NCBI GenBank assembly: GCA_950097015.1
Contig: CATNEN010000030.1
Coordinates: forward strand, 1,240,001 to 1,304,000
Reading direction: 5' to 3'
Source: Macrostomum hystrix
Lineage: Eukaryota > Animalia > Platyhelminthes
Length of the DNA stretch: 64,000 nt
Numbering within the stretch: the first letter of the stretch is position 1; each line of letters opens with the position of its first letter. This document shows positions 12,118 through 27,766 of the stretch, piece by piece. A program made the translations under genes and the position numbers. The notes under the pieces are model-generated. The model worked only from the letters and a program-made list of their open reading frames with translations. It was not told where the DNA came from and did no database searches.

Positions 12118-12136
12118 ACCTCGACAACACGTCAGG

Positions 12137-15100
12137 ATGCCGAATCAGAAGCCAAAGGTTTGTAGCTGTTGTTAGTTTTCATTATTACTTAGTTAAACAT
12201 GGTACCTGCTGCATAAGTTTACACAGTGCAGCCTGTAGGTTTGAAGTCTCCATTTTTATAGAAATACTGTTACTGTAGTGTTATTGTTTTAGAAAATTAT
12301 CTCAAAGGCACACTTTATTCTTGAATATAGATTAGCAGATTCAAAAAATTAATGTTCCTAATACATTATGTGTTTATATACTTCAAATTTTAAGGTTTTT
12401 TAAGTAAATAATTTAATTTGCTATCTTAATTTGCTTAATTGCTCAGTCGTTGTTTAAGAATGGGTTTATATAGAAACTGTGCTAATTTGAAAATATGGGA
12501 ATTCTAAATTTAGCTAATGAAATCTTTTTTCTTATAAATACAGCTTTGTGCTGCTTGTATTTCTTTTTGTCGAGCTACTTTCTTAACTTTAATTTCATTT
12601 TGTTTTATTTTAAAAAAGCAAAAAAAACAAAATTCATTTGTTTTTTCTTTTTAGGAAAAAATCTGACTGCATTAATATTTCATAAAATTCACGTACTTTA
12701 AGTTGCCCTCATGGGCATGTAATAATGCTTTGTTTCTAAAATTCCCTTCGCAGCCACCAGCCCAGGCAGCGCGCGCATCTCGCCGCCGCGACAGCGAGAC
12801 CGGCAGCCACTCCGTTCTGGACTTTGGAGATGACATGTTCGGCGGCGGCAGGGTGCAGAAACCGGACGACCAGCTCCAGCTGACCGACCAGGAGCTCAAG
12901 GAGGAATTCACAAGGATCCTCACCGCCAACAATCCGCACGCGCCGCAGAACATTGTGCGCTACAGCTTCAAGGACAGGCAGTACAAGCCGATTCCTCAGG
13001 TGGATCAGCTCGCCGTGCACTTCGTGATGGAGGGCAACCTCATTCATCGCGAATCGGACGAGGCTAAGAAGCAGATCGAGAAAAAGAGCGGTGTTGTTGT
13101 CAAGGGTAATTAATGGCATACTGTTTCGCAATCTCTCTTTAAACATTTACAACGAAAATATTCGTTCGAATATTGCAAACCTTTAATCTTATTGCTCAAC
13201 TCGACCGCTAGCAGAATCTCCAGAGGAGGCTGCCGAGGCGCCGGCTGGCGATGCGGCCGCAGCCGCGAAGGAGGACGGGGTGAGTTGGTTCCAACAAATT
13301 TTCCGGGTTAGAGTCATTATTGTGACACAATTTGTTTCGCTGACTTTGACTTTGAATCGCCGGCTTGTCTATACTCTCAGGCGGTCGACGATGAGGTAAA
13401 CGAGGTTTCTGACGTAGATTTTTTTCAAAATTTTCATTTTTTAAGAATTTCCTGGAATTACGTTCCTCGCATACTTTATTGGCAGTTGCAAGCAAAGTGG
13501 TGATCGTCCATTAATAGTACTAGCCCTAGTTTTCATGACAAGAAAAGGTTTAGGCCCGATTGCTATCGAAAATTCAGTGCTTGTAATAATTATCTGTAAT
13601 TGATAATGAAAGTCATTTGCTTCGAAAATTTGCTTTGCTTCGATGAATAGAGTTTTTCATCAACGCGAGAAAATTCCTAAGCTCCGTACACTGGAAGGAC
13701 AATTTGTTTGTTTTTTTCGCGCATCTTCTGCTTGGCTTTCTTGTTTTTCATTTTTTATCATATGGGATTTTACATTAAAACAAAGTTTATATTGAGTATA
13801 TTGAATATTGAATATTGAGTATAAGGACATTCGATTAAAAAAGCACCTCGATAAAAATTATTTAAATGCCTCGACAGGATGAGGATACACCGGCGCCGGC
13901 TGCCCACGGCAAGAAGTTGACCAATCAGTTCAACTTCTGCGAGAGAGCGACCCAGACCTACAACAACCCATTGCGAGTGAGTTGAAAGAACAGTCAGGAT
14001 GTAGCGACAGTCATCACAGACTGCAGGGCTGATAGAACAGTCAGAATGTAGCGACAGTCATCACAGACTGCAGGGATGATAGAACAGTCAGGATGTAGCG
14101 ACAGTCATCACAGACTGCAGGGCTGATAGAACAGTCAGGATGTAGCGACAGTCATCCAAGACTGTTAGAAGGGCTGATAGAACAGTCAGGATGTAGCGAC
14201 AGTCATCCAAGACTGTTAGAAGGGCTGATAGAACAGTCAGGATGTAGCGACAGTCATCCAAGACTGTTAGAAGGGCTGATAGAACAGTCAGGATGTAGCG
14301 ACAGTCATCCAAGACTGTTAGAAGGGCTGATAGAACAGTCAGGATGTAGCGACAGTCATCCAAGACTGTTAGAAGGGCTGATAGAACAGTCAGGATGTAG
14401 CGACAGTCATCACAGACTGCAAGACTGCAGGTGTAGGGAAGGTGAGTGTCGCCTTTGTGAAGCTCTAATTACGAGCATTATTTTTGTTTTCAGGAGCGCG
14501 AGAACCAGACGGAACCGCCGCCAAGGGTCAGCTTCTCCCAGACGGCAAATCAGTGGATCATATTTGATGCCTACCAGGCCGACTTTGAGAAGAATGTAAG
14601 CGAACCCTTTGATTGTTATTTGTTAAAAAAACGGCATTATGGTTTTTTCTAATTAAAGGTGCATAAAATTTCGTCAACATCATTCCCGACAATTATTAGC
14701 ATGGCAAAGATGGTCAGGCTCAGGTAGCAAGAAATCTCATTAAACTGAACTTTGGTTCGACGGCTTTTGGTGTCTTAATTTCCTTCCTTCGTTTTCTAAC
14801 CACTAAATTGGTTTGGACTTTTATATAACGCTAAGAAATCTACTCTAGCAGTCACGGAGCGCGAAATTCATCATCTTGCATAATATATTTTCACCCATTT
14901 ACTCTGCTATTTAAATCGATGTGAATTTGTGCATTTTATTATAGCTTCATCATGCCTGTTTCAAATTGGCTAAAGTTTTACCTGCGAACTTTTTATCTTG
15001 GAATCATTGTAAATGATTGGTGATTTCAAATGCTCTCCAACCTTTTGTTTCCGATTTTCTGGGATTAGGACATCCTTATGTTTTCCAGGTAAACTCATTT

Positions 15101-18100
15101 CTTTAGAGCCCACCCACTCCAACTTCTCGCCTCCACCACCCACCTCACTCCGAATTTTCTCGTCCACCACCTACCCCACTCCGATTTCTCTCCTCCGCCC
15201 ACCCACCCCACTCTTATTTCACTCCTCTGCCGCCAACCCCACTCCGATTTCTTCCTCCACCCACCCCGCATTTAGCCAGCCCTGCACCAGCAGGAAGAGG
15301 ATTCCAAGGGTGGCCTATTTGGCCCATTTATTATCGGCAATTCAAAGGCGGCAAAGAGCTGGGCAGCGGCTGCCGCAGTCAGGAGAGGCTTCCGAATTGT
15401 AAAATCCCTTCCTTGTTCGCATAGCTCTTTTGTTTGGGTTGATATTACGTTCTGAAGAAGCAGTTACAATTTTCTTGTCAAGAAACTGAGACTTCACTCA
15501 AACTCATTCTTTTCGTCTGGAAGTTGCTGTTGAATTATGAGCTAGATAAACCCTAATGTGTTCAATTTTTACTGTTTGTTTTCGTCTTCTGTCACTTTTA
15601 ATACCCATGTTTGATTGTCACGTGTGTCAATTGTTTCAGTGTTTCCTTTTCATTCTTTCTGTCAGTCAGTCAGTCAGTCAGTAAGCACAGATCGAGTAGG
15701 ACATAAAAATCATTAAAAATGTACAAACATTATGGTCATTTTGGTTCACAGAAATGCACACATTCGAAGTCTTATACATTGAGCTTAGAAACAATGTGTT
15801 ACAAATCTATTAAGTTGTTAAAGGCTCAATAAAAACTCATTGTAAACCTCTAACAGCAGGAGAAGGGCAAGGAGAAGCGAGGCGCCGGAGCCGGAAAGGG
15901 AGCCGAAGAGAAGACCCGGAAACGCCTGACCGTCTTGGATACACAGGTAAGAGACAGCTGTCAATCGGCAGGAAAAGCTTATAAAAAGGGAGCTAATAGG
16001 ATCTACCTTTCGTAAAATACTCAATGCTTAATTTCGGAGGCAACATGTATTCAAAGTTTTATCGTCTCAGGGGCCAAATTGTTACTATTTCTTGAAAATC
16101 TCTTGTGGGGTCACTTTGCTAGTCTAGTATACTAAATTGTCGACTAACACTATAAATGATTAGTCGATGCTTTTTCTACCAAAAATATGATAATTACAAA
16201 GATATTTCACATGGCTTCGTGATGTAGTAATTTTTAATTCCGAGTCTCAAAATCGTACATTTAGCGCCCGCCAGCAGCTCTCCTTAGTGTCAGCAGGCAC
16301 CAAAGAAATGAGGTAATGATGTTGACAGAACCGTCAGGGCCGACGCGAGCAAAGAGTATTGACGCACTAAAAATTGTGAACTGTTAGTACGAACATCTTT
16401 CGTCGCATCCTGGACGTGATGCATACAGTGTGTCGCACTTTTTAGCTAACAGACACCTCTAATCCTGACTTATCTGTGCCAGATGAATATCAGCCAGGAT
16501 GACAAAAAGTAAAACAAATTTATTTTTTGTTTCCTTCGTAAATTCCAATCTGCGGATAAAGGTTTCAGAGGTCCTTGTTATTAAAATGTTAATTCAGCAT
16601 TTCAGCACGTTTTTTCTTGTAGTGAATTGTAGTCCCCATTCCCAAATTGCACACCTGAAACTTGGCACCTGTGGAGTTAAAAATCCCGAAATCTAGATAG
16701 CACAGCAACTGTGTCTTCTTTTTTATATCCTTTTCAGTGTTTCCGGATTTTAAGAATTCTTGAAATGAGCTATGTCAAATACCGAATTTTATTGTACCGC
16801 TAGAAAGGAAGTGCGCTCTTCCTGATACACATAGTATATATACCTAGAGAATTTAATGGAATAATTTACTCTAGTCTGCGAATAAACAAAACAATTGAAA
16901 GGCTGACGACCTGGCCAAGATTGAGCACGCCGTCAAGATGCTGGAGCGCATGGTTAACCAAAACTCGTTCGACGAGATCGCGCAGGACTTCAAGTACTGG
17001 GAGGATCCGTCGGATGAGTTCCGCGACCAGCAGGGCACCCTGCTGCCCCTGTGGAAGTTCGGCTTCGAGCGGGCGCGCAAACTGGCGGTGACGTCGATCG
17101 CCTGGTCACCGAAGTACCACGACCTGTTCGCCATCGCCTACGGATCCTGTGAGTCCGCCGAAGGATCATCGGCTTTCGTCATACGAGCTATATATTTGCT
17201 AGACATGATCAGAGAACAGTACAAGCCACAAAGCCTTATCTCCTAATTATGTTGCCTCATTGCGGATTCAAGCTCAATTCACAAAAATTCAATAAAAATT
17301 TGACCCTCGCACAATCCATCAGATGACTTCATGAAGCAGACAAGAGGCCTGCTCTGCTTCTACACCCTGAAGAACCCCAGCCACCCTGAGTACGTATTCG
17401 AGACAGACTCGGCTGTGCTGAGCGCCGCACTGCACCCCGACTATCCGCACATGCTCTGCGCCGGCCTGTACGATGGTAGCGTAGCGGTGTACAGCGCCGT
17501 GCAGAAGAAGCGCGGCCCGCTCTACCAGTCTAGTGCGCGCACTGGCAAACACACTGACCCAGTCTGGCAGGTGTGCTGGGCCAAGGATGATCTAGACAAT
17601 AATATGAATTTCTACAGCACCAGCTCAGACGGCCGGGTCACCTCGTGGACTCTGATCAAGGTGAGGCCTGTTCCATTTTTCTACTCCATTATGTGGAGAT
17701 CAACTCCGAAAAATCATTTCAAGCAACTCACTTGACTTTAGCGACGTAACATAATTAGTGCTGTAATTTAACGCTAACAAAATAATGTTATTTTAGGCAT
17801 AAAAATACTCGCATCATTCTACTCGAACTCGTAGAAAGTAGTGTGATGCGAATCTGTGAAGTCGCCTATAATGAGTTTTTCAAATTCATATTAAAAAACT
17901 TGCGAACTTATCCGTCTGCCAGGAAGGCGTTGGAGCGCATCATTTTTCAGCCGTAAGTAAATTTGATCAAAATTATCCCCTATGGATCGCCGCGTTCTCA
18001 AGGACACAAAGAACGTAGTCCTTTTGTGAAGTTCTAACTCAACCAATGTCAGGGACAGGCTTATTTTGCTTGTTCCACCAATTTTGAATGACACATCACC

Positions 18101-21100
18101 TGAATGACACATCACCTGAATGACACATCACCTGAATGACACATCACCTGAATGACACATCACCTGAATGACACATCACCTGAATGACACATCACCTGAA
18201 TGACACATCACCTGAATGACACATCACCTGAATGACACATCACCTGAATGACACATCACCTGAATGACACATCACCTGAATGACACATCACCTGAATGAC
18301 ACATCATCTGAATGACACATCACCTGAATGACACATCATCTGAATGACACATCACCTGAATGACACATCACCTGAATGACACATCACCTGGATGACACAT
18401 CATCTGAATGACACATCACCTGAATGACACATCATCTGAATGACACATCACCTGAATGACACATCACCTGAATGACACATCACCTGAATGACACATCATC
18501 TGAATGACACATCACCTGAATGACACATCACCTGAATGACACATCACCTGAATGACACATCACCTGAATGACACATCATCTGAATGACACATCACCTGAA
18601 TGACACATCACCTGAATGACACATCACCTGAATGACACATCACCTGAATGACATCACCTGAATGACACATCACCTGAATGACATATCACCTGAATGACAC
18701 ATCACCTGAATGACACATCACCTGAATGACACATCACCTGAATGACACATCATCTGAATGACACATCACCTGAATGACACATCACCTGAATGACACATCA
18801 CCTGAATGACACATCACCTGAATGACACATCACCTGAATGACACATCACAAGAATGACAATCATCAGTTATTTTGGGTACTAATAAAGTCACAAAATCAC
18901 AGCTTTTATATTCTTAAAGTCACTTTTTTGAGTCACCGTGAAACAGTTGTTTCATTTTATATCAGTGGTGAAATTTGACGTGCTCATTGTTGTGTCAGTT
19001 TTTTCGAAATTTCGTGGCGAGAACAAATTTACTGGACAACAGCCAAACAGCATAGCAACTATAGGACGAAGTTTTGTAACTAGTAAATTATTTTCAACGA
19101 AAAAGTCCCTCCTCCATTGCTTTGTGAAAACATTTTTACTTTCGCTTTCCAAAACTTGCTTCAAAAATTGCTTGCTTCCCCTCAAACAAAATTGGAGGAT
19201 TCGAACATTTTCTTTTGCATGCGGAACCAACGTTTTTGCCACCTGCAACTGCCGCTCCATTGTTGTCGACCTGTTGTTTCATTTTCTTGTGCTTGGCTTG
19301 GGAATTGCTTTGAATTTGCCTTTTAATCACAAATTATCACTGAAATTTAACTGGTTTGTCATGAAAGAGCAAAATAGTTGAGGCAGTTATTTTCACTGAT
19401 TCACATTATTAACAGCAGCGAGATATACATGAATAAATTCAATAATTCTTACTGTTTCCGTTTCTCACCTCTCATCGATTTCTCATCTCACCCTATCTCC
19501 TCCACTCCCAATCTCTTATCTCACACTCTCTCCTCCTCTCCCAATCTCTCATCTTTCCCTCTCTCCTCCTCTCCCAATCTCTCATCTCACCCTCTCTCCT
19601 CCACTCACGATCTCTCATCTCACCCTCTCCTCCCTCTCCTAATCTCTCATCTAAATATCTCCTCCACTCATGGTCTCTCATCTTACCCTCCCTCATCCAC
19701 TGCTAGTTTCTCATCTCACCCTCTCTCCTCCACTCTAATCTCTCATCTCAGCGAGAAGTACACAGAACTACACGGCCAGTTGTACTTTTAAACAAAACAT
19801 ACAAACCGTCTGTCCTTGCCAGAACGACCTTGTCTCCCAAGATGTCATCCGGCTGGAGCTGGCCGGCGGGCCAGTTGAAGGTCCCGACGGCATCAAGCTG
19901 GAAAACCTGGCCTCCGGCACCACCTTCGATTTTCATCGCGAAGCTAGCCACCTGTTCCTAGTGGGCACCGAGGAGGGCAAGGTTTTTAAGTGCAGCACGG
20001 CTTATTCTACCCAGTTCCTGCAGACCTACGATGCTCACCACATGGCCGTGTACAAAGTCACCTGGAACCCATTCCATCCCAGCATCTTCATGACCTGCTC
20101 CGCCGACTGGACTGTCAAGATCTGGGATCACAACAAGACGTAAGATAAAGGGAACTACCTGTTAGATTTAGGTGTTAGACACGGAGTTACCTGTTAGACA
20201 CGGAGTTACCTGTTAGACACGGAGTTACCTGTTAGACAAGGAGTTACCTGTTAGACACGGAGTTACTTGTTAGACACGGAGTTACCTGTCAGACACGGAG
20301 TTACCTGTCAGACACGGAGTCACCTGTTAGACAAGGAACTACCTGTTAGACAAGGAACTACCTGTTAGACAAGAAACTACCTGTTAGACACGGAGTTACC
20401 TGTTAGATACGGAGTTACCTGTTAGACACAGAGTTACCTGTTAGACATGGGACATGGAACTACCTGTTAGACACGGAGTTACCTGTTAGATACGGAGTTA
20501 CCTGTTAGACATGGGACATGGAACTACCTGTTAGACACAGAGTTGTCATTAATAGATTATCTTACAATTCACAAAACACGCAGCGAGCCCGTGTTCGTGT
20601 TCGACCTGAACTCGCCGGTTGGCGACGCGGCCTGGTCGCCCTACTCCAGCACCGTCTTCGCCGCCGTCACGGCCGACGGCAAGGTGCACGTGTTCGATCT
20701 GAGCGCCAACAAGTACGAAGCTCTCTGCGAGCAGGTCGTGGCGCAGAAGAAGAAAGCCAAGCTGACTCACATCGGCTTCAATCCCAAGCATCCGATCCTC
20801 ATCGTGGGCGACGATCGAGGCCATATCTCGTCGCTGAAACTGTCGCCAAATCTGCGCAAACTGCCAAAGGTAGGAACTTCTTTCATTAGAATATTTTAAG
20901 TGACGCTTCATAGTAAACTGCTTTTTGGTGCACAGCAACAACAGTCGATCCTGATTGTGCAATTTAATAGGAGGCCGGATTCTTTGAGAAGGTAAATTAA
21001 ACAATGCTCTTCAGTTGATAGTCCAGTAGGGATGATTTCAGCGCTGTTTCTAAGATCCAAAACCAGGTTTCTATGTGTAAAATGCAGTAGAATAAAAGTA

Positions 21101-22565
21101 GCTACAATGTCAGTCTTAAACTTTGTTTTCGTTATTCTACTACCTTCCTTGTTTCTCTACCACCTATCTACCCAAAGCAGCACTCTCTTCAAATAAAACG
21201 TATTTACCTGAATAAGTAACCACACACAGTTTCATGGAAATTGCATATGTACCCTTATGAATGCACTTCTCAACATGGTCGATTGCCTCCAAAGTACACG
21301 CAATGCATGTGGCTCCAACAGTTGCCAGATCTACCACTGACCTCCTTGGACCGCGAGGTCACAAGCGCCGCTATCAGGGAGGAAGAGCGGCAGCAAAGAC
21401 ACTTGCAAAAGAAGCCACAATTTCCTGTAGGGAAAATGGGCCAGCGGTTGGTTTCCGACTTGGTAAACATCAGGAAGCAACCGATCGATCATTTGTTCCC
21501 TGCATTCGCTCTGATTTTATCGTGGAATGCAAGAGTGTCACGCTGAAAAAATACTTCTTGTCAATAATTATTTTAGAAAAGTTATGCATGCTAATTGACA
21601 AAAGCTTTTAAAGGGAGCTTTTCTCGTTTTTTTACAGTTTAATTACTAATTTTTTAATTCATTAGTTTTCTGCTTATCAGATGCTTGTCCATACAACATA
21701 TCAAATAATTGAGCTTTTATGTGGAGCCCCATTTTCTACCCCTCTGTCTCAGATTTTGGTAGAGCCGCACTTTTATACCCCGAGCCTCCTGTTATTGGTG
21801 GATCCTTAATTTTCTATCCCTCTAGCCTGCAGTTATTGGTGAAGCCTCACTTTAGTAACCCCCAGCCTCCTGTTATTGGTGGATCCTTAATTTTCTATCC
21901 CTCTAGCCTGCAGTTATTGGTGAAGCCTCACTTTTATACCCCCAGCCTCCTGTTATTGGTGGATCCTTAATTTTCTATCCCTCTAGCCTGCAGTTATTGG
22001 TGGAGTGTCATTTTCAACCTCTCGGTAGAAAACGACTAGGCTTATCGAGTTTTCGAATTATTAGTTTTCGCCAAATAATACCAAAAGTTTCCGATCTGCA
22101 TCAATAAAAACTAGCCTGAGAGCATGCTGCTCACTTTTGGCGAGACTAAAAACAGCCCGCTGCGATTAGGTAAATTTTACGCTTGAATTTGAAATTACGA
22201 GACTGCACCAAAACACGAAAACAGAGACACGTTGTCAGAGTGCCATCATCAAATACGAGATTTTTACCTTACGCAACAAATCACAAAACAAATACTTTGC
22301 ATTATCATGTCACCCTCAAGGACGTTACCTATCCAATTTTGTTGTTCAATTTCTGTTGTCAATACACTCTTATGTTTCATATCATCTTTCGATTTTGTTG
22401 TCATTCGAAACCAAGCATTTAAACCTCGTGTTTTTTCTAAATAAAAAAAATTGATCCTATCATCCACGATTTCATACCCCCCTGCAGGAGAAAAAGGGCG
22501 CCGCCCAGCCAGGTCCGCAGGCGCAGGTGGAGAAGCTGGACAAGATCCTCACCATGGTTGGATGA
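12137..22565 (+). CDS. DNAI1: Axonemal outer-arm dynein intermediate chain 1 (WD40), 11 exons, about 665 aa
   Basis: Exons 12137-12157, 12754-13105, 13212-13279, 13878-13976, 14494-14595, 15857-15946, 16902-17148, 17323-17660, 19823-20139, 20584-20869, 22488-22565. Motifs [59 protein letters not shown] and LKLSPNLRK. Confidence 0.93.
13988..14430. repeat. 47-51-bp minisatellite filling DNAI1 intron 4
   Basis: Unit agaacagtcaggatgtagcgacagtcatc(acagactgca/caagactgttagaa)gggctgat, about 9 copies. Confidence 0.95.
15110..15300. repeat. Degenerate C/T-rich repeat
   Basis: Recurring ccactccgattt(c/t)tc.tcc.ccacc units. Confidence 0.6.
18086..18850. repeat. 16-bp minisatellite in DNAI1 intron 8
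   Basis: Unit tgaatgacacatcacc, about 47 near-perfect copies. Confidence 0.97.
19460..19750. repeat. Degenerate polypyrimidine repeat
   Basis: tctcatctcaccctctctcctcc-like units. Confidence 0.75.
20150..20545. repeat. 19-bp minisatellite filling DNAI1 intron 9
   Basis: Unit ggagttacctgttagacac, about 20 copies. Confidence 0.95.
21770..22015. repeat. Approx. 80-bp repeat, 3 copies, built from two related approx. 40-bp subunits
   Basis: agcctcctgttattggtggatcc alternates with agcctgcagttattggtgaagcc. Confidence 0.85.
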
Positions 22566-23269
22566 AGAAGGAGACCGCCGCAGCGGCGCAGCCAGTGGCG
22601 CAGTGAAAATTACGGACCATTTCAAGTGTTTTCTATATCCTCACTTGACAAAATATTACTTCCGAATAAAATTTCTTTTTCACGTATAAGAAAAAACTGT
22701 TCCAAGGATTGTCAAGAAATTTTATGTCGAAAATGTGTTAAAGTCACACATACTAACGAAAAAATATAGTTAAAGCGAGAGGGAACCGTAACTAAATATT
22801 ACACACACATTGATTTATGTTAAAAATATATCAAGTTTCTTACCTAAATATATTTTAATACAAATATCGACACTTAAAAGATATTACCAGACATTTAAAA
22901 AAACTTACAGGGACTGTGAATTAACAAAAAATCCGGATTTCTAATCACGTGTACTGTTTTCTAGTTTTTTTAGGCAATTTGTATGTTTTATCATGCGAAT
23001 GAATTTTATAATGGCTTCATATCAATTGTTCGATTCTGCGTAAATTCTGTACTATATGGGGTTGGCACCCGCCTTAGGCTCGTTCTCACTGCCATCAAAC
23101 GAGACCAAAACACACGTCTCTGCTATATTTTTTATGCTTATACGTATTGAATAATCCATCAATGTACACCAAAGCCATTTGATGGCAGTGTGAGCCGAGC
23201 ATTTACAATGCAACAACAAAAAATAACTGCTCCAAGAAAGGTTGAGAAGTCATAGAGCGCGTCTCTGGG

Positions 23270-23700
23270 CCAACGACCTTAAAAAGTCACACCTGCCAGC
23301 TTTGTCCGGGGCGCCAGCATCGCGCAGAAGCCGGTCAGGAAATCTCGCCGCTTGCCCTTGACCTCGCCTGCGCGGTCCCTGCAGATTGAGCGGTGGCACC
23401 TCGTGTAGCGGCTCAGGGCAGCGGCCCTCCGAACGGATTACGGGGGGAGACAGTCGAAGTCGCCGCCCGCGCAGTACGTCAGAAGGCCGCGTCAGGCGTG
23501 CCTTTGCGTAGAGTCTCGCATATAAGTGTCTGGCACTGGTCTCACTGCCTATGCCGCAGCCGCTGAGCGCCATCGGCTGTCGATGACAGCAGCACGAAGT
23601 CTTCCGAGTAGCCGAGAACGAGAGCCGCTTCTCTGGACATGAACGAGATCCCCCTGTGCTCCTCCTCGTGTCGTGCACGAGAGAACGAGAGAACGAAAAA
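23270..23700 (-). mobile_element. Degraded non-LTR retrotransposon reverse transcriptase fragment
   Basis: LGYSEDFVLLSSTADGAQRL resembles the YADD-x-x-LLS-x-x-A-x-G-x-Q-R-L motif of LINE RTs. It is followed by frameshifted remnants (RRAAALSRY...LAPRTKL). Confidence 0.6.
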
Positions 23701-24258
23701 GAGAACGAATTCGCGACGATATGTGTGCGGTGGCACGCGTGGCACGGGCATCTCCAGAAAGGAAAATGTTTCATCACGCTGGCCACTTCAATGCGACCCT
23801 AGTGACTCGCAGTAGCCTCCATAGGCATCTCGTCCGGTCCGGGGGCGCGACCTCACGGCGCCTGGCGAGCAAGCTGCACTTTTGCTAAATTTTGAAATCC
23901 TGCTGTGTCGGTGCAGCGCCGTCTCTGGCGGGCAATGGATTTGCTACTTGCGAAGGCGGTGGTGCCGCGTTGACAATATCGGCGAAGAAGTCACGCAGCG
24001 AATTTCAGCGAAGCATCTGGTGTTTCGCATAATATGTGTATGATATGTGGTATCATGTTTCTGTATATTATTAAATGCATCATGTTTTCCAATGTCATAT
24101 GATTTTCCACAGATGGTGCGAAACGTTATATTTTGAGGGCCGGGCAACACAGTTTTAGAATTCAATCTGAAACCGGAATAGCGAAAATAAAAACAGTTTC
24201 ACTTTTTCAGGTTTTTTGGATCCGGAAAGTATAAAAATGCTTTTAGACAGAGGGCCGT

Positions 24259-24635
24259 TTTCCAAAAACATCCCGAATACAACATACAAAAGTTTCGCAT
24301 ATTTATCCTGCGATAACATGTTACCGTGTTACAGAATTCGAGCTTCTATGAAAGTAAATCGTGAAAGCGAACGTATAAACTGTAACTAACTTATTGTTAC
24401 TACATGTCAGTGTTACTTTGCAGGTCCTGTGATGTATGTCTAATTGTTATAGTTTTGCATTTCTATAGTATTTGTCCTCGTACTTATATTTCAAGCCGCT
24501 GAAAGTATTCATTTATATAAAATGACATAATTTATAATTTATAATAAATTATAATGTAACTGTATCACGGTAACATGTTATCGCAGGATAAATATGCGCA
24601 ACTTTTGCATGTTATATTCGGGATGCTTTTGGAAA
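24259..24635. mobile_element. MITE-like element with approx. 75-bp imperfect terminal inverted repeats
   Basis: 24259-24334 (tttccaaaaacatcccgaat...cgcatatttatcctgcgataacatgttaccgtg) is mirrored at 24560-24635; the interior is AT-rich and non-coding. Confidence 0.8.
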
Positions 24636-24990
24636 GCAGAGGTAGACAACATGGTTCTAAAAACATTTTTTTCGAATAATTAACTAATGTTTAAACTAAT
24701 GATATATACTAAAACATCAATATATGAATATATTATTTTCTAGCAATGGCATACTTTCCGCATCTTACAGCAACGGTTATTGTCCGTATAGATCTGCTAT
24801 TTGTTAAACTTGTTAATCGGTCAGGTGATTTTCTTAGCGTAAATTTAAACTGCTCGATATTCTATTATATCCTTTCAAAAAAATCCTGAACTCACCACCA
24901 GTGAAAGAGAAAACCTGTTTTTTTAAATTAAAAATCTTCAGATATAGGATTTTCTTGCTATAGTTTTTTGATCAGCTAATTAGCCTGGCC

Positions 24991-27400
<2,410 letters not shown>

Positions 27401-27766
27401 CAGGGCTCCAAGAACTCTGCGCTTATTCATAAAGCATTGCATCGCGAAAGAGACCTGGTGCCGGCTTGAAAAAATTGTCGCTTCTTTTATTCGGTGGACT
27501 TTTGCAGACAAATTCTGTTTAGTTTTATTCTGCTCTCTTATGTGTATAAAAAGCAAGTTGACGAATTGTAAATTAATGAACTAATAGATTAACAGCGTAC
27601 TGTTGTTATGCCTATGGCCCTGTATACAGGAGATAGGAGTCATTCATTTTTTGGAGCTATCGTAAAGTAGGCAGTGGGCATTTGAAATTTAAGCACGAGG
27701 GCTTCGGCACAACAACTCAAATTTAGTTTGAACTACCGAGCGATTTCATCTAATTTCTTTTATCTA

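Noticed and set aside
23068-23200. Short inverted repeats (23068-23200, also 22061-22150 and 5902-5921)
   Set aside because: Arms are too short or imperfect and there is no TSD or second copy in the window to assign an element or RNA structure.
23440-23490. Kinase-like LTYCAGGDF peptide on the minus strand
   Set aside because: Flanked by stops and embedded in the LINE RT remnant; no other kinase motifs.
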